From positions 1-64,000 of the forward strand of contig JBBFKW010000015.1 in assembly GCA_037481835.1 (NCBI GenBank): DNA of 64,000 nt, given 5' to 3'. Below, one piece after another: positions 58,959 to 64,000 of this stretch (position 1 is the first letter of the stretch; the number at the start of each line of letters is the position of its first letter). The DNA is from Desulfosoma sp. Its GTDB lineage: Bacteria > Desulfobacterota > Syntrophobacteria > Syntrophobacterales > DSM-9756. A model generated the notes under the pieces. That model did no database searches. It saw nothing but the letters and a program-made list of their open reading frames with translations, and was not told the origin of the DNA. The translations under genes and the position numbers were made by a program.

Positions 58959-60098
58959 TTACAGATACTGGCCCCCCAGCTCCTCGATGACGGCGTCAAT
59001 GTTCTTGCCGGTTTCCTGTTCCAATTCCCTTCGGGCCCTTTCCAGGCGGGGGCGAAAGGCCGCAAGATCGTCCACGCAGCGCAAAGCGCCCCCATAGCGC
59101 CCCAGGCGGTACAGGATGCGGTCGTCGTCGGAAAGAGCCAAGTACTGGTCGATGATGCCCAGCATCTTGGCCTTGTCGCGGGGGAAGGTCCCTTCCAGAT
59201 TTTCCAGGAGGTTTCGCATGTGGTCGGAGGTGAGTGTGCTGTGAATGTTTTTCAGGTTCTCGATGAGAAGGCGGATTTCCCGCACCGTATCGTCGTCGGA
59301 AAGGGTCTGGAACGCGCCGGACGCCAGGTGATCCCAAAGCGGCGTATTGGGCGGGACGCGCAGGGTGCGCAGGCGGATGAAGTGAGGGTCGATGGCTTCC
59401 AGGACCCGAGCCGTCTCCAGGGCGTGTTCGCGGCTCCATCGCGTGCCGCCGAGCCCCGGCATGATGTATTCGGACAGCGTCATGCCCGCTTCCTTCACTT
59501 TGAGGCCCGCTTCAATGTGCTGCGCGGCGGTCGCTCCCTTGTCCATGAACTTCAGGACCGTATCGGATCCGCTTTCCAAGCCGATATGGATTCGGTCCAA
59601 ACCCGCCTCCCGGATTTCCCGCAGCTCCTCCACACTCTTTCGCGCCAGGGTGGCGCTTCGCCCGTAGGACGTCACGCGCGTGATGCCGGGGACTCTTTCC
59701 TTGAGGTAGCGCAGGGCTTGGACGAGATCGGCCGTGCGCATGATGGGGTTATTGGCGTCCTGCAAAAAGACCGTGCCGTCCCCGTGATAGAGCCAGACGG
59801 CCACGTGGCGCTCACAGCCGCTTCGAGCGGGATCGGTGAGGATCCGGTTGATGACCGGCGCGCTCACCGCTCCCCCTTCGCCCATGGACCACGAAAGGGC
59901 TTTCACGTCATCCACGATGGCCCGCACCGTGTCGATGTCGGCTTTGATTTCGGCCAATGATCTCCGACTGAAGGGCCGTCCCTTGTAGACGGGACAGAAA
60001 GCGCACCGATTCCACGGACAATTTCTCGTAAACCGCAGGAGCAAACTCCGCGATTCACTGGGCGGCCGGATCGGTCCCTGTTCAAAATGAAAACGCAT
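58959..60098 (-). CDS. Radical SAM protein (uncharacterised family)
   Basis: PIRPPSE, CPWNRCAFC (CX4CX2C), FLQDAN, IGLESG, MPGLGG, SDHMRN; ATG 60098 is 7 nt from GGAGG. Confidence 0.9.
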   Translation of the reverse strand: MRFHFEQGPIRPPSESRSLLLRFTRNCPWNRCAFCPVYKGRPFSRRSLAEIKADIDTVRAIVDDVKALSWSMGEGGAVSAPVINRILTDPARSGCERHVAVWLYHGDGTVFLQDANNPIMRTADLVQALRYLKERVPGITRVTSYGRSATLARKSVEELREIREAGLDRIHIGLESGSDTVLKFMDKGATAAQHIEAGLKVKEAGMTLSEYIMPGLGGTRWSREHALETARVLEAIDPHFIRLRTLRVPPNTPLWDHLASGAFQTLSDDDTVREIRLLIENLKNIHSTLTSDHMRNLLENLEGTFPRDKAKMLGIIDQYLALSDDDRILYRLGRYGGALRCVDDLAAFRPRLERARRELEQETGKNIDAVIEELGGQYL

Positions 60099-60221
60099 TC
60101 CCATGCCTCCACTGCCCTTCTTCGATCCCCGCAGGGTTGAGTTTCCCAGGGGCACTCAGTATATTCTTTTCGTTCGCTGGGTCCATGGACAAGAGCCCAC
60201 TCCAACCGAGGAGTTCATCGC

Positions 60222-60545
60222 ATGACCGAAGAAAAGTTCACGGCCGTTTACCTCATGGTGCGAAAGGAAGAACTGCGTCCCGAAGACGAGGGGTCCTACG
60301 AAAAACCGCTGGCGGCCCAGCGGGAAGCATGCCTTGCGTTCATCAAGGAAAACCTGCCGGCGGAAGACCACGAAAGGGTGAGCTTCTACACCAGCCGGTC
60401 CCAACTTTTCATGGACATGGATCGAAAGAAGGTGAAAAGCCTCGTGGTCTACGAATTGGACCGACTGGCGGCGGATGAAAAAGAGCTGGAAGGGATCCTC
60501 TTTGAGTGTCGATCCGCCGGCGTTCCCGTCCTCGCGGTTCGTTGA
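60222..60545 (+). CDS. Stand-alone resolvase (serine recombinase) N-terminal-like domain lacking the catalytic Ser
   Basis: RBS GAGGAG; AVYLMV..Q...C..F..LVVYELDRLA..GVPV pattern. Confidence 0.6.
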   Translation: MTEEKFTAVYLMVRKEELRPEDEGSYEKPLAAQREACLAFIKENLPAEDHERVSFYTSRSQLFMDMDRKKVKSLVVYELDRLAADEKELEGILFECRSAGVPVLAVR

Positions 60546-60553
60546 AATGGAAA

Positions 60554-60578
60554 GGGCCGGTGGTGATGCCACCGGCCC
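60554..60578 (-). terminator. Hairpin between convergent genes (probable hsp20 terminator)
   Basis: GGGCCGGTGG-TGATG-CCACCGGCCC, followed by TTT on the minus strand. Confidence 0.55.
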
Positions 60579-60594
60579 GCAGTGTTCGTGAAGC

Positions 60595-60993
60595 TCAGCT
60601 CGTCTTGACCACGACCTTTCGGGGCTTGGCCTTGTCCACCTTGGGCAATGTCAGGGTCAAGACGCCGTCCTTCATGGCCGCTTCGATTTTCGACTGGTCG
60701 ATGATGCGGCCTAGAGTGAACTGGCGGTAGTAGTCCCCCACGCCGTATTCTCGCAGGAGCACCGTTTCCCCTTCCCCTTCCAAGGTGACGGTGCCGCGAA
60801 TGGTCAGCTGGTCGTCCCGGATGTCGATGTCCACATTGTCCGGGGACACTCCCGGCATGTCGGCCACAAGGGTCAAGGCCTCTTCCGTCTCATAGATGTC
60901 CACCGCCGGGATGTAGACGGGAATGTTCCGCGTGGTCTCCGACTGGGTCTGCACTTCCTTCTTCTCCCTCACCTGGATGTCCTTCTCGGCCAT
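60595..60993 (-). CDS. Hsp20/alpha-crystallin small heat shock protein
   Basis: PAVDIYET, ADMPGV, YYRQFTL, KDGVLTLTLPK. Confidence 0.93.
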   Translation of the reverse strand: MAEKDIQVREKKEVQTQSETTRNIPVYIPAVDIYETEEALTLVADMPGVSPDNVDIDIRDDQLTIRGTVTLEGEGETVLLREYGVGDYYRQFTLGRIIDQSKIEAAMKDGVLTLTLPKVDKAKPRKVVVKTS

Positions 60994-61037
60994 GGTCGTC
61001 ACCCCCTTCTCCAATGAAGCGCTTCACGTCTCGACTC

Positions 61038-61502
61038 TTATGCGGTCTTGACCGCGATCTGTTTCGGGCGCACTTCTTCGGCCTTGGGCAACGTGATCCG
61101 GAGAATGCCGTTCTTGAAGACCGCTTCCACCTTGTCGGTGTTAATGCGCGTCGGCAAGGTCAAGCTGCGGCGGAAACGGCCGAATTCCCTTTCGCGACGA
61201 TGATAGCTCACATTTTCTCCCACCTCGGCGCTCTTGCGCTCGCCGCGAAGGGTCAAGGTGTCGCCTTCCACGGAAATTTCGATGTCGCCGGGGTTGATTC
61301 CGGGAAGTTCGGCACGCACATAGAGGTTATCCTTGTCCTCACTCACGTTGAGCGGCGGAAACACCCCGACCCTCAGCGGCCGAAACCCGCGGAATCCCGT
61401 GAACAGCCGATCCATTTCCCTGCGGAGCCGATCCATTTCCCGTTCCATTTCTTCAAAGGGGCGAAAGAGATCTCCCTGGTCGGACCAGCGAATGAGTGCC
61501 AT
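61038..61502 (-). CDS. Hsp20/alpha-crystallin small heat shock protein
   Basis: FPPLNV, AELPG, RGER, YHRREREFGRFRRSLTLP, NGILRITLPK. Confidence 0.94.
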   Translation of the reverse strand: MALIRWSDQGDLFRPFEEMEREMDRLRREMDRLFTGFRGFRPLRVGVFPPLNVSEDKDNLYVRAELPGINPGDIEISVEGDTLTLRGERKSAEVGENVSYHRREREFGRFRRSLTLPTRINTDKVEAVFKNGILRITLPKAEEVRPKQIAVKTA

Positions 61503-61563
61503 GGCGGTGTCCTCCTTTCCTATTGAATTTATTTGAGAATCATCGTTTGTTCGGTTCGGTCAA

Positions 61564-61592
61564 AAATTAAGTTCGGCTCACAAACCTGTCAA
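61564..61592 (-). promoter_or_regulatory. Putative sigma70-family promoter for the hsp20 pair
   Basis: Minus strand TTGACA (61592-61587), 17-nt spacer, TAATTT (61569-61564). Confidence 0.5.
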
Positions 61593-61677
61593 GACGACCC
61601 CATGGTCGTTGACAATGGGGGGAGAATCTCTTACGAGTCGCCGTGATGGGGACATCTCGAAAGGAGGGCGACGGGCG

Positions 61678-62502
61678 GTGAGGACTTTTGAAAAAGAAGA
61701 CCCGCGGTTGGAAGGGATCGGCTGGGTGGCCGATTCGGGACCGTGTTCGGGGGCCTATGTCCTGGATGGAGGGCGTTTGCTCATCGACACGGGCAACATG
61801 GTGGGGCTTGTGGACGAAATCCGGGAAATGGCGCCGTTGGAAAAGTTGGAGCGCATCGCCCTCACCCATACCCACTTCGACCACGTGGGGGGGATGGCCG
61901 AAATCTATCAAACGGTCGCCCCGGATGTTCTCATGCATCGGATGGCTCGGGAATACGCGCGGTTGCTTCGTCATCCCTTTCCGGAATTTTTCCAGAGCCT
62001 GGAAGAAGCGGGAAAGATCCACTACGTGAAGGACGGCGAGGACATCCCCGGCGTCGGCGTGCACGCCCTTCATCTTCCCGGGCACACGGCGGGAGACCTG
62101 TGTTTTTATATGCCGCAGGCACAGGCCCTTTTCAGCGGTGATGCCGTCCTTCCCCACCAGGTGCGGTTTGCGGCGATTCTTTCCAAGCCCGATGAAATCT
62201 GCGGCGGTCGCATGAAGGACAAAGTGGAAAGCCTCAGGCGGCTTCTTCGTCTCCCCGTGGCGCACCTCTTCCCGGGACATGGGGAACCCGTGCTCCACAA
62301 AGGCGGTCATCAGATCAAAATCGCCCTGCTGACCCTCTATCAAGCCCTGTACGAAACGCCCCCCGAAAAGGCCTGGCTTTTCATGGCCGAGGACCTCCTT
62401 GAGGCCGACCAGCCTGAGGAAGCCTACGAATGCGTGAAAAAGGCGCGGGCCATCGCCCCGGATTCGGAAGCGGTGGCCCGTGTCGCCGAAAAGTTTCGTT
62501 AG
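61678..62502 (+). CDS. Metallo-beta-lactamase-fold hydrolase with C-terminal TPR-like helices
   Basis: LIDTG, THTHFDH, PGHT, FSGD, PGHG; GTG start after AAGGAGG. Confidence 0.88.
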   Translation: MRTFEKEDPRLEGIGWVADSGPCSGAYVLDGGRLLIDTGNMVGLVDEIREMAPLEKLERIALTHTHFDHVGGMAEIYQTVAPDVLMHRMAREYARLLRHPFPEFFQSLEEAGKIHYVKDGEDIPGVGVHALHLPGHTAGDLCFYMPQAQALFSGDAVLPHQVRFAAILSKPDEICGGRMKDKVESLRRLLRLPVAHLFPGHGEPVLHKGGHQIKIALLTLYQALYETPPEKAWLFMAEDLLEADQPEEAYECVKKARAIAPDSEAVARVAEKFR

Positions 62503-62572
62503 CCGTCCGGCCCGATCCGGGATCGGCGGCGGATTCCCGATGCCCGGGCCTCATGCCCTCTTGAACAAACCC

Positions 62573-62604
62573 GTAGGTTGGGGTGAGCGCAGCGAACCCC
62601 AACA
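62573..62604 (+). repeat. GTAG-type REP-like palindrome, copy 4
   Basis: GTAGGTTGGGGTGAGCGCAGCGAACCCCAACA. Confidence 0.85.
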
Positions 62605-62701
62605 CCGCGCCCAACAATAATCCCGGTCGCGCTCACATGTCGCGCTCTCACAAGGAAGGGTGAAGCTGGAAAACCTGGAGCGTGTCCGACAATAACTTCC
62701 T

Positions 62702-62760
62702 TCCGGGAGCGCGGGCATCCCGCCCGCCCCACAGGTGAGCCGCAGGCCCAAGCTCCCAGG
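62702..62760 (+). repeat. 59-bp REP-like element (..GGGAGCGCGGGCATCCCGCCCGC...GCTCCCAGG)
   Basis: Collinear with 56980-57038 (20 of the first 27 nt identical, shared TCCCAGG end). Confidence 0.6.
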
Positions 62761-62898
62761 AAAAACATCCCCATTCTTTATTGTGGGACGCGCGGCTAGG
62801 AGGCTGTCCGACAATTCGATTCTTGCCGATTTCAGCAACGTAAATTCAGATAGTTACGATGCCACAAACCACCAAAATCGGCATTCTCGGACAAGCTC

Positions 62899-63267
62899 CT
62901 AGTTGGTTCCCACCAGCAAAACGATCTGGGTCTTTTCCTGATCTTTGGTGACCACCACGTGAACCATCTTGTCGCCTTTTTTCCAGTGGCCTTGGAGGCC
63001 CTCCGTGTGGGTCATTTCCATCTGGGTTTCCCATCCGGCCTTGGTGAGGGCTTCCTTGTAATAGGCGTAGGCTTTCTGAGGCGGATCCGAACTCGTCAGG
63101 ACCACGTGGGAGCCTTGCGGGGTTTTCATGGCCATTTCCACCTGAGCGCCAGGATATTGCGCTACGATGGCCTTGAGCTCCTCGGGGTAGTCGACTTGCG
63201 CCAGGGCAGGGGCGACCAGAAAGAAGGTGCACAGGACGAGGGCGATGGGCATAAGCCGAGGGTTCAT
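62899..63267 (-). CDS. Small exported hypothetical protein
   Basis: Signal peptide ending ALA; YPGA, YYKEALTKAGW; RBS AGGAGG. Confidence 0.75.
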   Translation of the reverse strand: MNPRLMPIALVLCTFFLVAPALAQVDYPEELKAIVAQYPGAQVEMAMKTPQGSHVVLTSSDPPQKAYAYYKEALTKAGWETQMEMTHTEGLQGHWKKGDKMVHVVVTKDQEKTQIVLLVGTN

Positions 63268-63370
63268 CTTAGCCTCCTGCATACATGAAGGGTCAACACA
63301 GCGCAGGCTTCACGACGGCGATCCGGCCGAAACGACGCCATCTTAGAGGCGGGAGCTCACAGGGGCAACG

Positions 63371-63400
63371 AAAAATTAAGGCCGGGGGGGCCCCCGGCCT
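63371..63400 (-). terminator. Probable terminator after katG
   Basis: AGGCCGGGGG/CCCCCGGCCT stem followed by TAATTTTT on the minus strand. Confidence 0.6.
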
Positions 63401-63406
63401 GCCGGC

Positions 63407-64000
<594 letters not shown>

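Noticed and set aside
20261..62604. 32-bp repeats as a CRISPR array
   Set aside because: Copies are kilobases apart with no regular spacers and no cas genes; they fit REP elements.
62839..62858. CGTAA-N10-TTACG inverted repeat in an AT-richer patch
   Set aside because: Arms are too short, it is a single copy, and no integrase or att context is visible.

Overview
GC-rich, gene-dense 64-kb window of ordinary chromosomal character. Its content (Wood-Ljungdahl CODH/ACS genes, periplasmic [NiFe] hydrogenase, hcp, katG, LPS Kdo-transferase, sigma54 two-component system) is typical of an anaerobic Gram-negative Desulfobacterota/Syntrophobacterales-like organism; this taxonomic call is inference. 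Gene order: end of cooS, acsB-acsC-acsE, ppdK, CitE/Mcl-family lyase; GAF-PAS histidine kinase, sigma54 activator and an Asp-less receiver; hydrogenase small/large subunits, maturation protease, hypC; asnS; waaA, larB; ThiW-type ECF transporter with an extra P-loop NTPase; sugar-nucleotide genes; exported Fe/Mn SOD; GlnD-like protein and a J-domain protein; a B12 acyl-CoA mutase/MeaB operon divergent from an SSS transporter, a class III CoA-transferase pair, a DUF294 nucleotidyltransferase and a DEDDh nuclease; amino-acid ABC transporter, USP, core methionine synthase, hcp, radical SAM protein, a resolvase-like domain, two Hsp20, an MBL hydrolase and the 3' end of katG. I found no tRNA/rRNA, CRISPR array, transposase or phage gene, but three families of short REP-like intergenic repeats are present. 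The most interesting signals are: (1) a cNMP-CBS-DUF294 nucleotidyltransferase translationally coupled to a DEDDh nuclease beside a putative isobutyrate uptake/activation/isomerisation cluster; (2) a GlnD with a destroyed uridylyltransferase motif but intact HD and ACT domains; (3) a catalytic/non-catalytic CoA-transferase pair; (4) a sigma54 promoter with palindromic enhancer sites driving a D-to-E pseudo-receiver; (5) a MesB-like methionine synthase in the same window as acsC. All calls come from motif recognition by eye; no database searches were run.
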